A stretch of DNA of 27,269 nucleotides from Octopus sinensis (Eukaryota), in the NCBI RefSeq assembly GCF_006345805.1, contig NW_021833401.1:1-27269 (forward strand), given 5' to 3'. Every line of letters starts with the position of its first letter. The stretch's first letter is position 1. Shown piece by piece: positions 11,701 to 25,236 of the stretch. Below the pieces are notes generated by a model that was not told the origin of the DNA, ran no database searches, and saw only the letters and a program-made list of their open reading frames with translations. Both the position numbers and the translations under genes were made by a program.

Positions 11701-14700
11701 GTTGTTATAAAAACAACTCTATATTATATATATTATATAAGTTGTTATAAAAAAACAACTCTTATTTATAATATTATATAAGTTGTTATAAAAACAACTT
11801 ATATTATTATATTATATAAGTGTTATAAAAACAAAACTATATTATATATATTATATAAGTTTTATAAAAACAACTCTATATTATATATATTATATAAGTT
11901 GTTATAAAAACAACTCTATATTATATATTATTATATAAGTTGTTATAAAAACAACTCTATATTATATATATTATATAAGTTGTTATAAAAACAACTTATA
12001 TTATATATATTTATAAGTTGTATAAAAACAACTCTATATTATATATATTATATAAGTTGTTATAAAAACAACTCTATATTATATATATTATATAAGTTGT
12101 TATAAAAACAACTCTATATTATATATATTATATAAGTTGTTATAAAAACAACTCTATATTAATATATTATATAAGTTGTTATAAAAACACTCTATATTAT
12201 ATATATATATAAGTTGTTATAAAAAACAACTCATTATTTATATATATTATATAAGTTGTTATAAAAACAACTCTATATTATATATATTATATAAGTTGTT
12301 ATAAAAAACAACTCTATATTATATATATTATATAAGTTGTTATAAAAACAACTCTATATTATATATATATATAAGTTGTTATAAAAACAACTTATATTAT
12401 ATATATTATATAAGTTGTTATAAAAACAACTCTATATTATATATATATATAAGTTGTTATAAAAACAACTCTATTATATATATTATATAAGTTGTTATAA
12501 AAACAACTCTATATTATATATATTATATAAGTTGTTATAAAAACAACTCTATATTATATATATTATTATATAGTTGTTATAAAAACAACTCTATATTATA
12601 TATATTATATAAGTTGTTATAAAAACAACTCTATATTATATATGTTATATAAGTTGTTATAAAAACAACTCTATATTATATATGTTATATAAGTTGTTAT
12701 AAAAACAACTCTATATTATATATGTTATATAAGTTGTTATAAAAACAACTCTATATTATATATGTTATATAAGTTGTTATAAAAACAACTCTATATTATA
12801 TATGTTATATAAGTTGTTTATAAAAACAACTCTATATTATATATTATATAAGTTGTTATAAAACAACTCTATATTATATATATTATATAAGTTGTTATAA
12901 AAACAACTCTATATTATATATATTATATAAGTTGTTATAAAAACAACTTTATATTATATATATTATATAAGTTGTTATAAAAACAACTTTATATTATATA
13001 TATTATATAAGTTGTTATAAAAACAACTTTATATTATATATATTATATAAGTTGTTATAAAAACAACTTTATATTATATATATTATATAAGTTGTTATAA
13101 AAACAACTTTATTTATATATTATATAAGTTGTTATAAAAACCACTTTATATTATATATATTATATAAGTTGTTATAAAAACAACTTTATATTATATATAT
13201 TATATAAGTTGTATTTATAAAATACAATAAGGTTGTTATAAAACAACTTCTTTATATATTATATAAGTTGTTTATAAAAACAACTTTATATTATATATAG
13301 TATATAAGTTGTTATAAAAAACAACTCTATATTATTATAGTATATAAGTTGTTATAAAAACAACTCTATATTATATATATTATATAAGTTTTATAAAAAC
13401 AACTCTATATTATATATATTATATAAGTTGTTATAAAACAACTCTATATATATATATTATATAAGTTGTTATAAAAACACTCTATATTATATATATTATA
13501 TAAGTTGTTATAAAAACAACTCTATATTATATATATTATATAAGTGTTATAAAAACAACTCTATATTATATATATTATATAAGTTGTTATAAAAACAACT
13601 CTATATTATATATATTATATAAGTTGTTATAAAACAACTCTATATTATATATATTATATAAGTTGTTATAAAACAACTCTATATTTAATATATTATATAA
13701 GTTGTTATAAAAACAACTCTATATTATATATATTATAAGTTGTTATAAAAACAACTCTATATTATTATATTTATAAGTTGTTATAAAAACAACTCTATAT
13801 TATATATATTATTAAGTTGTTATAAAAACAACTCTATATTATATATATTATATAAGTTGTTATAAAACAACTCTATATTATATATATTATATAAGTTGTT
13901 ATAAAAACAACTCTATATATATATATTATATAAGTTGTTTTATAAAAACAACTCTATATTATATATATTATATAAGTGTTATAAAAACAACTCTATATTA
14001 TATATGTTATATACGTTGTTATAAAAACAACTCTATATTATATATGTTATATAAGTTGTTTATAAAAACAACTCTATATATATATGTTATATAAGTTGTT
14101 ATAAAAACAACTCTATATTATATATGTTATATAAGTTGTTATAAAAACAACTCTATATTATATATGTTATATAAGTTGTTTATAAAAACAACTCTATATT
14201 ATATATTTATATAAGTTGTTATAAAAAAAACTCTATATTATATATGTTATATAAGTTGTTATAAAAAAAACTCTATATTATATATGTTATATAAGTTGTT
14301 ATAAAAACAACTCTATATTATATATGTTATATAAGTTTTATAAAAACAACTCTATATTATATATTTTATAAGTTGTTATAAAAACAACTCTATATTATAT
14401 GTTATATAAGTTGTTATAAAAAACAACTCTATATTATATATGTTATATAAGTTGTTTAAAAACAACTCTATATTATTTATGTTATATAAGTTGTTATAAA
14501 AACAACTCTATATTATATATGTTATATAGTTTGTTATAAAACAACTCTATATTATATATGTTATATAAGTTGTTATAAAAAACAACTCTATATTATATAT
14601 ATTATATAATTGTTATAAAAACAACTTTATATTATATATATTATATAAGTTGTTATAAAAACAACTTTATATTATATATATTATATAAGTTGTTATAAAA

Positions 14701-17700
14701 ACAACTTTATATTATATATATTATATAAGTTGTTATAAAAACACTTTATATTATATATATATATAAGTTGTTATAAAAAACAACTTTATATTATATATAT
14801 TATATAAGTTGTTATAAAAACAACTTTATATTATATATTATATAAGTTGTTATAAAAAACTTTATATTATATATATTATATAAGTTGTATAAAAACAACT
14901 CTATATTATATATAGTATATAAGTTGTTATAAAAAACAACTCTATATATATATATTATATAAGTTGTTATAAAAACAACTCTATATTATATATTATATAA
15001 GTTGTTATAAAACAACTCTATATTATATATATTATATAAGTTGTTATAAAAAACAACTCTATATTATATATATTATACAAGTTGTTATAAAACAACTCTA
15101 TATTATATATATTATACAAGTTGTTATAAAAACAACTCTATATTATCTATATTATATAAGTTGTTTATAAAAACAACTCTATATTATATATATTATATAG
15201 TTGTTTATAAAAACAACTCTATATATATATATTATATAAGTTGTTATAAAAACAACTCTATATTATATATATTATATAAGTTGTTATAAAAACAACTCTA
15301 TATTATATATATTATATAAGTTGTTATAAAAACACTCTATATTATATATATTATATAAGTTGTTATAAAAACAACTCTATATTATATATATTATATAAGT
15401 TGTTATAAAAACAACTCTATATTATATTATTATATAACGTTGTTATAAAAACAACTCTATATTATATATATTATATAAGTTGTTATAAAAAAAACTCTAT
15501 ATTATATATATTATATAAGTTGTTATAAAAACAACTCTATATTATATATATTATATAAGTTGTTATAAAAACAACTTTATATTATATATTTAATATAGTT
15601 GTTATAAAAACAACTTTATATTATATATTATATAAGTTGTTATAAAAACAACTTTATATTATATATATTATATAAGTTGTTATAATAAACAACTTTATTA
15701 TATATATATATTATTGTGTATAAAAACAACTTTATATATATATATTATATAAGTTGTTATAAAAACAACTTTATATTATATATATTATATAAGTTGTTAT
15801 AAAAACAACTTTATATTATATATATTATATAAGTTTTATAAAAACAACTTTATATTATATATATATATAGTTGTTATAATAAACAACTTTATATTATATA
15901 TATTATATAAGTTGTTATAAAAACAACTTTATATTATATATATTATATAAGTTGTTATAAAAACAACTTTATATTATAATTATTATATAAGTTGTTATAA
16001 TAAACACTTTATATTATATATATATATAATTTGTTATAAAAAAAAAACTTTATATTATATATATTATATAATTGTTGTTATAAAAACAACTTTATTATAT
16101 ATATTATATAAGTTGTTATAAAAACAACTTTATATTATATATATTATATATTGTTATAAAAACACACTTTATATTATATAATTATATAAGTCGTTATAAA
16201 AACAACTTTATATTATATATATTATATAAGTCGTTATAAAAACAACTTTATATTATATATATTATATAAGTCGTTATAAAAAACAACTTTATATTTATAT
16301 ATATTATATAAGTCGTTATAAAACAACTTTATATTATATAATTATATAAGTCGTTATAAAAACAACTTATATTATATATATTATATAAGTCGTTATAAAA
16401 ACAACTTTATATTATATATATTATATAAGTTATAAAACAACTTTATATTATATATTTATAAGTCGTTATAAAAACAACTTTTATTATATATATTATATAA
16501 GTCGTTATAAAAACAACTTTATATTATAATATATATAATTGTTATAAAAACAACTTTATATTATATATATTATATAAGTTGTTATAAAACAACTTTATAT
16601 TATATATATTATATAAGTTGTTATAAAAACAACTTTATATTATATATATTATATAAGTTGTTTAAAAACAACTTTATATTATATATATTATATAAGTTGT
16701 TATAAAAAACAACTTTATATTATATATTATATAAGTTGTTATAAAAACAACTTTATATTATATATATTATATAGTTGTTATAAAAACAACTTTTATTATA
16801 TATATTATATATGTTGTTATAAAAACAACTTTATATTATATATATTATATAAGTTGTTATAAAAACAACTTTATATATATATATTATATAAGTGTTATAA
16901 AAACAACTTTATATTATATATATATATAAGTTGTTATAAAAACAACTTTATATTATATATATTATATAAGTTGTTATAAAAACAACTCTATATTATATAT
17001 ATATATAAGTTGTTATAAAAACAACTCTATATTATATATATTATATAAGTTGTTAAAAAACAACTCTATATTATAATATTATATAAGTTGTTATAAAACA
17101 ACTCTATATTATATATATTATATAAGTTGTTATAAAAACAACTCTATATTATATATATTATATAAGTTGTTATAAAAACAACTCTATATTATATATATTA
17201 TATAAGTGGTTAAAAAACAACTCTATATTATATATATTATATAAGTTGTTATAAAAACAACTCTATATTATATATATTATATAAGTTGTTAAAAAACAAC
17301 TCTATATTATATATATTATATAAGTTGTTATAAAAACAACTCTATATTATATATATTATATAAGTTGTTATAAAAACAACTCTATATTATATATATTATA
17401 TAAGTTGTTATAAAAACAACTCTATATTATATTATATATAAGTTGTTATAAAAACAACTTTATTTATATATATTATATAAGTTGTTATAAAAACAACTTT
17501 ATATTATATATATTATATAAGTTGTTATAAAAACAACTTTAATTATATATATATATAAGTTGTTATAAAAACAACTTTATATTATATATAGTATATAAGT
17601 GTTATAAAAAACAACTCTATATTATATATAGTATATAAGTTGTTATAAAAACAACTCTATATTATTATAGTATATAAGTTGTTATAAAAACAACTCTATA

Positions 17701-20700
17701 TTATATATATTATATAAGTTGTTATAAAAAACAACTCTATATTATATATATTATATAAGTTGTTATAAAAACAACTCTATATTATATATATTATATAAGT
17801 TGTTATAAAAAAAACTCTATATTATATATATTATATAAGTTGTTATAAAAACAACTCTATATTATATATATTATATAAGTTGTTATAAAAACAACTCTAT
17901 ATTATATATATTATATAAGTTGTTATAAAAACAACTCTATATTATATATTATATAAGTGTTATAAAAAACAACTCTATATTATATATATTATATAAGTTG
18001 TTATAAAAACAACTCTATATTATATATATTATACAAGTTGTTATAAAAACAACTCTATATTATATATATATATAAGTGTTATAAAAACAACTCTATATAT
18101 ATATATTATATAAGTTGTTATAAAAACAACTCTATATTATATATATTATATAAGTGTTATAAAAAAACAACTCTATATTATATATATTATATAAGTTGTT
18201 ATAAAAACAACTCTATATTATATATATTATATAAGTTGTTATAAAACAACTCTATATTATATATATTATATACGTTGTTATAAAAAAAACTCTAATTATA
18301 TATATTATATAAGTTGTTATAAAAAACAACTCTATATTATATATATTATATAAGTTGTTATAAAAACAACTCTATATATATATATTATATAAGTTGTTAT
18401 AAAAACAACTCTATATTATATATATTATATAAGTTGTTATAAAAAACAACTCTATATTATATTATTATATAAGTTGTTAAAAAACAACTCTATATATATA
18501 TATTATATAAGTTGTTATAAAAACAACTCTATATTATATATATTATATAAGTTGTTATAAAAAACAACTCTATATTATATATATTATATAAGTTGTTATA
18601 AAAACAACTCTATATTATATATATTATATAAGTTGTTATAAAAACAACTTTATATATATATATTATATAAGTTGTTATAAAAACAACTTTATATTATATA
18701 TATTATATAAGTTGTTATAAAAACAACTTTATATTATATATATTATATAAGTTGTTATAATAAACAACTTTATATTATATATATTATATAAGTTGTTATA
18801 AAAACAACTTATATTTATATATTATATAAGTTGTTAAAAAACAACTTTATATTATATATATTATATAAGTTGTTATAAAAACAACTTTATATTATATATA
18901 TTATATAAGTTGTTATAATAAACAACTTTATATTATATATATTATATAAGTGTTATAAAAAACAACTTTATATTATATATATTATATAGTTGTTATAAAA
19001 ACAACTTATATTATATATATTATATAAGTTGTTAATAATAACAACTTTATATTATATATATTATATAAGTTGTTATAAAAACAACTTTATATTATATATA
19101 TTATATAAGTTGTTATAAAAACAACTTTATATTATATATATTATATAAGTTGTTATAAAAAACAACTTTATATTAGATATATTTATAAGTGTTATAAAAA
19201 CAACTTTATATTATATATATTATATAAGTTGTTATAAAAACAACTTTATATTATATATATTATATAAGTTGTTATAAAAACAACTTTAATTATATATATT
19301 ATATAAGTTGTTATAAAAAAAACTTTATATTATATATATTATAAGTTGTTATAAAAACAACTTTATATTATATATATTATATAAGTTGTTATAAAAACAA
19401 CTTTTATTATATATATTATATAAGTTGTTATAAAAAACTCTATATTATATATATTATATAAGTTGTTATAAAAACAACTCTATTATATATATTATATAAG
19501 TTGTTATAAAAACAACTCTATATTATATATATTATATAAGTTGTTATAAAAACAACTCTATATATATATATTATATAAGTGTTATAAAAACAACTCTATA
19601 TTATATTATTATATAAGTTGTTATAAAAACAACTCTATATATATATATTATATAAGTTGTTATAAAACAACTCTATATATATATATTATATAAGTTGTTA
19701 TAAAACAACTCTATATTATATATATTATATAAGTTGTTATAAAAACAACTCTATATTATATATATTATATAAGTTGTTATAAAAACAACTCTATATTATA
19801 TATATATATATAAAGTTGTTATAAAAACAACTCTATATTATATATATTATATAAGTTGTTATAAAAACAACTCTATATTATATATATATATAAGTTGTTA
19901 AAAAACAACTCTATATTATATATATTATATAAGTTGTTATAAAAACAACTCTATATTATATATATTATATAAGTTGTTATAAAAACAACTCTATATTATA
20001 TATATTATATAAGTTGTTATAAAAACAACTCTATATTATATATATTATATAAGTTGTTATAAAAACAACTCTATATTATATATATTATATAAGTTGTTAT
20101 AAAAACAACTCTATATTATATATATTATATAAGTTGTTATAAAAACAACTCTATATTATATATATTATATAAGTTGTTATAAAAACAACTCTATATTATA
20201 TATATTATATAAGTTGTTATAAAAACAACTTTATATTATATATATTATATAAGTTGTTATAAAAACAACTTTATATTATATATATTATATAAGTTGTTAT
20301 AAAAACAACTTTAATTATATATATTATATAAGTTGTTATAAAAAACAACTTTATATTATATATATTATATAAAGTTGTTATAAAAACAACTTTATATTAT
20401 ATATATTATATAAGTTGTTATAAAAACAACTTTATATTATATATATTATAAGGGTTATAAAAACAACTTATATTATAATATTATATAAGTTGTTATAAAA
20501 ACAACTTTTATTATATATATTATATAAGTTGTTATAAAAACAACTTTATATTATATATATTATATAAGTTGTTATAACAACAACTTTATATATATATATT
20601 ATATAAGTTGTTATAAAAACAACTTTATATTATATATAATATAAGTTGTTATAATAAACAACTTTATATTATATATATTATATAGTTGTTATAAAAACAA

Positions 20701-21454
20701 CTTTATATTATATATATTATAGAGTTGTATAAAAAACAACTTATATTATTATATATTATATAAGTTGTTATAATAAACAACTTTATATTATATATATATA
20801 TAAGTTGTTATAAAAACAACTCTATATTATATATATTATATAAGTTGTTATAAAAAACAACTTATATTATATATTATATAAGTTGTTATAAAAACAACTC
20901 TATATTATATATATTATATAAGTTGTTATAAAAACAACTTTATATTATATATATTATATAAGTTGTTATAAAAACAACTTTATATTATATATATATATAA
21001 GTTGTTATAAAAACAACTTTATATTATATATATTATATAAGTTGTTATAAAAACAACTCTATATTATATATATTATATAAGTTGTTATAAAAACAACTCT
21101 ATATTATATATATTATATAAGTTGTTATAAAACAACTCTATATATATATTATATAAGTTGTTATAAAAACAACTCTGTATTATATATTATATAAGTTGTT
21201 ATAAAAACAACTCTATATTATATATATTATATAAGTTGTTATAAAAACAACTTTATATTATATATATTATATAAGTTGTTATAAAAACAACTTTTATTAT
21301 ATATATTATATAAGTTGTTATAAAAACAACTTTATATTATATATATTATATAAGTTGTATAAAAAACAACTTTATATTATATATTATATAAGTTGTTATA
21401 AAAACAACTTTATATTATATATTATATAAGTTGTTATAAAAACAACTTTATATT
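5745..21454. repeat. 40-bp AT-rich satellite array, ~15.7 kb, roughly 395-400 monomers; consensus AAGTTGTTATAAAAACAACT(T/C)TATATTATATATATTATAT
   Basis: Exact 40-bp phase in clean stretches (e.g. 19921-20300). Frequent 1-2 bp indels, probably in part long-read consensus errors. Confidence 0.98.
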
Positions 21455-21695
21455 AACGTAAAGTATAATAGCCATCTCAATATGACTAACCATTAAGGGT
21501 GGGTGTTACTGTAGCTTTTAGCCCCAGGAGATCATCGTCTCCAGCTGCCCTTATGGTATTTGCAAAGGGATACCATAAGGGCACAGATAGTGTGCCTAAA
21601 GCGAGCTGGAGACGATGATCTCCTGGTGCTAAAAGCAACAATAACACCCACCCTTAGTGGTTAGCCATATTGAGATGGCTAGTATACTTTACGTT
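21455..21695. mobile_element. Fold-back element D: 92-bp inverted arms (21455-21546 / 21604-21695) with a hairpin-rich spacer; probably extends to 22584
   Basis: AACGTAAAGTATAATAGCCATCTC...TCTCCAGCT vs AGCTGGAGA...GAGATGGCTAGTATACTTTACGTT. A 13-bp direct repeat AACTTTATATTAA lies at 21444-21456 and 22585-22597. Confidence 0.85.
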
Positions 21696-21720
21696 GTCGA
21701 CCGGTTATTGTTTACATCAT

Positions 21721-22550
21721 GTGGAGGCGCAATGGCCCAGTGGTTAGGGCAGCGGACTCGCGGTCGTAGGATCGCGGTTTCGATTCTCAGACCGGGCGTT
21801 GTGAGTGTTTATTGAGCGAAAACACCTAAAGCTCCACGAGGCTCCGGCAGGGGTGGTGATCCCTGCTGTACTCTTCACCAAACTTTCTCTCACTCTTACT
21901 TCCTGTTTCTGTTGTACCTGTATTTCAAAGGGCCGGCCTCGTCACTCTCTGTGTCACGCTGAATATCCCGAGAACTACGTTAAGGGTACACGTGTCTGTG
22001 GAGTGCTCAGCCACTTACACGTTAATTTCACGAGCTGGCTGTTCCGTTGATTCGGATCAACCGGAACCCTCGTCGTCGTAACCGACGGAGTGCTTCCAAC
22101 TCTTTCACCACAACTTTCTCTCACTCTTACTTCCTGTTTCTGTTGTACCTGTATTTCAAAGGGCCGGCCTCGTCACTCTCTGTGTCACGCTGAATATCCC
22201 CCGAGAACTACGTTAAGGGTGCACGTGTCTGTGGAGTGCTCAGCCACTTACACGTTTATTGAGCGAAAACACCTAAAAGCTCCACGAGGCTCCGGCAGGG
22301 GGTGGTGGTGAACCCTGCTGTACTCTTTCACCACAACTTTCTCTCACTCTTTCTTCCTGTTTCTATTGTATCTGTATTTCAAAGGGCCGGCCTCGTCACT
22401 CTCTGTGTCACGCTGAATATCCCCGAGAACTACGTTAAGGGTACACGTGTCTGTGGAGTGCTCAGCCACTTACACGTTAATTTCACGAGCAGGCTGTTCC
22501 GTTCATCGGATCAACCGGAACCCTCATCGTCGTAACCGACGGAGTGCTTC
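21721..22550 (+). mobile_element. tRNA-derived SINE family B (possibly octopus OR1-type): one full unit plus two partial tandem units, 10-bp TSD
   Basis: A-box TGGCCCAGTGG (~21733) and B-box-like GGTTTCGATTC (~21776). Units at 21721-22098, ~22099-22254 and ~22254-22550. TSD TGTTTACATC at 21709-21718 and 22556-22565. The family name is from memory and unverified. Confidence 0.92.
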
Positions 22551-22823
22551 CTTGCTGTTTACATCTCGTTCAGAGATTTATTATAACTTTATATTAAAGT
22601 GTACATAGATAGTATTAACAGAAACTTCGAAGTTTTGGGGAGCTAAGCCATCTTCGGACAGTGATTCATTTGAGTTCATCTTGGCTTTATATAGTCTTAG
22701 TAAAGTTGAAATTTCCGAGGATAAGCTGAGCCGTTTCCAAAGATAAATATCCTGGGTGGTAGGATGCAATATTGAGATGTTGCAGAAAGTTTTAAGGGAT
22801 AACGTTTTGGGCTGCGTTCAGGG

Positions 22824-23508
22824 TTTACTCTTTTACTCTTTTACTTGTTTCAGTTATTTGACTGCGGCCATGCTGGAGCACCGCCTTTAGTCGAGCAACT
22901 CGACCCCGGGACTTATTCTTTTGTAAGCCCAGTACTTATTCTATCGGTCTGTTTTGCCGAACCACTAAGTTTACTCTTTTACTTGTTTCAGTCATTTGAC
23001 TGCGGCCATGCTGGAGCACCGCCTTTAATCGAGCAACTCGACCCCGGACTTATTCTTTTGTAAGCCCAGTATTTATTCTATCGGTCTCTTTTGCCGAACC
23101 ACTAAGTTTACTCTTTTATTTGTTTCAGTCATTTGACTGCGGCCATGCTGGAGCACCGCCTTTAATCGAGCAACTCGACCCCGGGACTTATTCTTTTGTA
23201 AGCCCAGTACTTATTCTATCCGTCTCTTTTGCCGAACCGCTAGGTAACGGGTACATAAACACACCAGCATCGGTTGTTAAGCAATGCTAGGGGGACAAAC
23301 ACAGACACACAAACACACACACACATATATATATATATATACATATATACGACAGGCTTCTTTCAGTTTCCGTCTACCAAATCCACTCACAAGGCTTTGG
23401 TCGAGGCTATAGTAGAAGACACTTACCCAAGGTTCCACGCAGTGGGACTGAACCCGGAACCATGTGGTTGGTAAGCAAGCTACTTACCACACAGCCACTC
23501 CTGCGCCT
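22824..23508 (-). mobile_element. SINE family A, full length, with the 3' ~137-bp segment present three times
   Basis: Reverse complement of 3465-3915; TTTACTCTTTTA(C/T)TTGTTTCAGT tail restarts at ~22824, 22970 and 23107. Confidence 0.92.
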
Positions 23509-23946
23509 ATATACACATACATGTGTATGTGTATATATTTATGTATGTATATATGCCAATTGATTTATAGACGGGTATTTCTGCTAGTATTCAATAAAAT
23601 AACAATCATTTTTCCTGATTGAGAGAATCTTAAGTTTAGGGTACGAATCAATACATAAAATTAACTGGGTTATGATCCACGGAAAACATAGCTACTTTAG
23701 CTCATAAAATATTCATACCACAATGATTTTTGGAAAGGTAGAAAATATAACATAATAAATAAACATTGATTTCATATTGATTAGACTCAAGGTTGTTTTT
23801 TGCAGTTAGCAGCTGGAAATTATTAATGTCTCCAATTTAATCTTTCAGAATGAATTGCACAGTTTATGCTTCAAAGTTTCACAGAATAATCGGATATTTC
23901 TTGTTTGAACTTGTTAAAAATAATGATGATAAATAAATGCTCAAGG

Positions 23947-24319
23947 GGGGTGGGAAGCACTCCGTCGGTTACGACGACGAGGGTTCCGGTTGATCCGAAT
24001 CAACGGAACAGCCTGCTCGTGAAATTAACGTGTAAAGTGGCTGAGCACTCCACAGACACGTGCACCCTTAACGTAGTTCTCGGGGATATTCAGCGTGACA
24101 CAGAGAGTGAAAAGGCCGGCCCCCTTGAAATACAGGTACAACAGAAACAGGAAGTAAGAGTGAGAGAAAGTTGTGGTGAAAGAGTACAGCAGGGATCACC
24201 ACCATCCCCTGCCGGAGCCTCGTGGAGCTTTAAGTGTTTTTGCTCAATAAACACTCACAACGCCCGGTTTGGGAATCGAAACCGCGATCCTACGACCGCG
24301 AGTCCGCTGCTCTAACCAC
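23947..24319 (-). mobile_element. SINE family B copy, slightly 5'-truncated, 12-bp TSD
   Basis: Reverse complement of ~21739-22098; TSD AAATGCTCAAGG at 23935-23946 and 24320-24331. Confidence 0.92.
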
Positions 24320-24324
24320 AAATG

Positions 24325-24419
24325 CTCAAGGACACAACGCGTCACCCGGTCCAGGAATCGAAACCACAATCAGACGATCATAATGCTGACACCCTAACCA
24401 CTAAGCCACGCGCCTCCAC
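24325..24419 (-). mobile_element. SINE family D head (second unit of a tandem pair)
   Basis: Minus strand GTGGAGGCGCGTGGCTTAGTGGTTAGGGTG...GGTTTCGATTCCTGG has A and B boxes and duplicates 24575-24662. Confidence 0.85.
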
Positions 24420-24420
24420 T

Positions 24421-24662
24421 TGCGCCCTTTTAAAGCCTAGCCAGGCTCATGGGCCCGGTTTCCCGGTTTCTATGGCGTATGTGTTCCCCCCAGCTGGACG
24501 GGACGCCAGTCCATCGCAGCGTTACTCCCTTTTGCCAGCTGAGAGGACTGGAGCAACGTGAAATGAAGTGTTTTGCTCAAGAACACAACGCGTCGCCCGG
24601 TCCAGGAATTGAAACCACAATCTTACGATCATGATGCGGACACCTTAACCACTAAGCCACGC
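24421..24662 (-). mobile_element. tRNA-derived SINE family D, near full length
   Basis: Minus strand has A-box TGGCTTAGTGG, B-box-like GGTTTCAATTCC, a body with TTGTGTTCTTGAGCAAAACACTT and CTGCGATGGACTGGCGTCCCGTCCAG. Confidence 0.85.
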
Positions 24663-24724
24663 ACAACAAATATCGGCAATAGAGAAAAAAAAAACGAATG
24701 AGTAGCAGTCTCAAGAAAGATAAA

Positions 24725-24870
24725 TCAGTTTCCGTCTACCAAATCCACTCACAAGACTTTGGTCGAGGCTATAGTAGAAGATACTTTTCCAAGGTGCCAC
24801 GCAGTGGGACTGAACCCGGAACCATGTGGTTGGTAAACAAGCTACTTACCACACAGCCACTCCTGCGCCT
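24725..24870 (-). mobile_element. SINE family A 5' half (local duplicate of 23363-23508)
   Basis: Near-identical to 23363-23520, including the flank. Confidence 0.88.
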
Positions 24871-24892
24871 ATATACACATACGCGGCAATAT

Positions 24893-24930
24893 GGTGCTCC
24901 AGCATGGCCATAGTCCACTGACTGAAACAA
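24893..24930 (+). mobile_element. SINE family A 3' tail fragment
   Basis: GGTGCTCCAGCATGGCCATAGTCCACTGACTGAAACAA matches 3853-3890. Confidence 0.75.
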
Positions 24931-25236
24931 ATGCAATTTGAAGTTAAACTACGTGATAAAGGCTTTTAAATGTATGTGTGAAGCGAGATAATACTAAAAC
25001 AGTAGTATATTTGCGAGTAGCCTCCCTTAACATATGAATTTTTAGCTGCAGGATGAAGGTGGCGATACGAAAGACAACGAACGTTGAGTTAGCTGCTGTT
25101 CGGCAGAAATGCTTTGCGGATTGTTTATAAGGTGAAGGCGGAAATTTATACGTAAATTGACCGGAAGAATAAATACCCAACCGAAAGAGAAATCGATATA
25201 AATTCCAGAGTGGGTAACTGAAAAAAGATCTACATA

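Noticed and set aside
5745-21454. CRISPR-like array (palindromic repeat with regular period)
   Set aside because: The sequence between hairpins is constant rather than unique spacers; there are no cas genes and the context is eukaryotic.
5760-21454. 1-2 bp indels in monomers as biological variants
   Set aside because: They concentrate in homopolymer and TA runs and do not recur in order, as expected for long-read consensus error. Only recurrent substitutions were used.
21604-21650. Hammerhead in element D (CGATGA...AAAAGC)
   Set aside because: It lacks CUGA and GAAA in the right geometry; only a simple GGAGA/TCTCC hairpin is present.
21721-21795. tRNA gene
   Set aside because: It has A/B boxes but no proper acceptor stem and continues into a SINE body with a TSD.
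22581-22769. 62-aa minus-strand ORF in unique sequence
   Set aside because: Short, with no recognisable homology or convincing splice signals.
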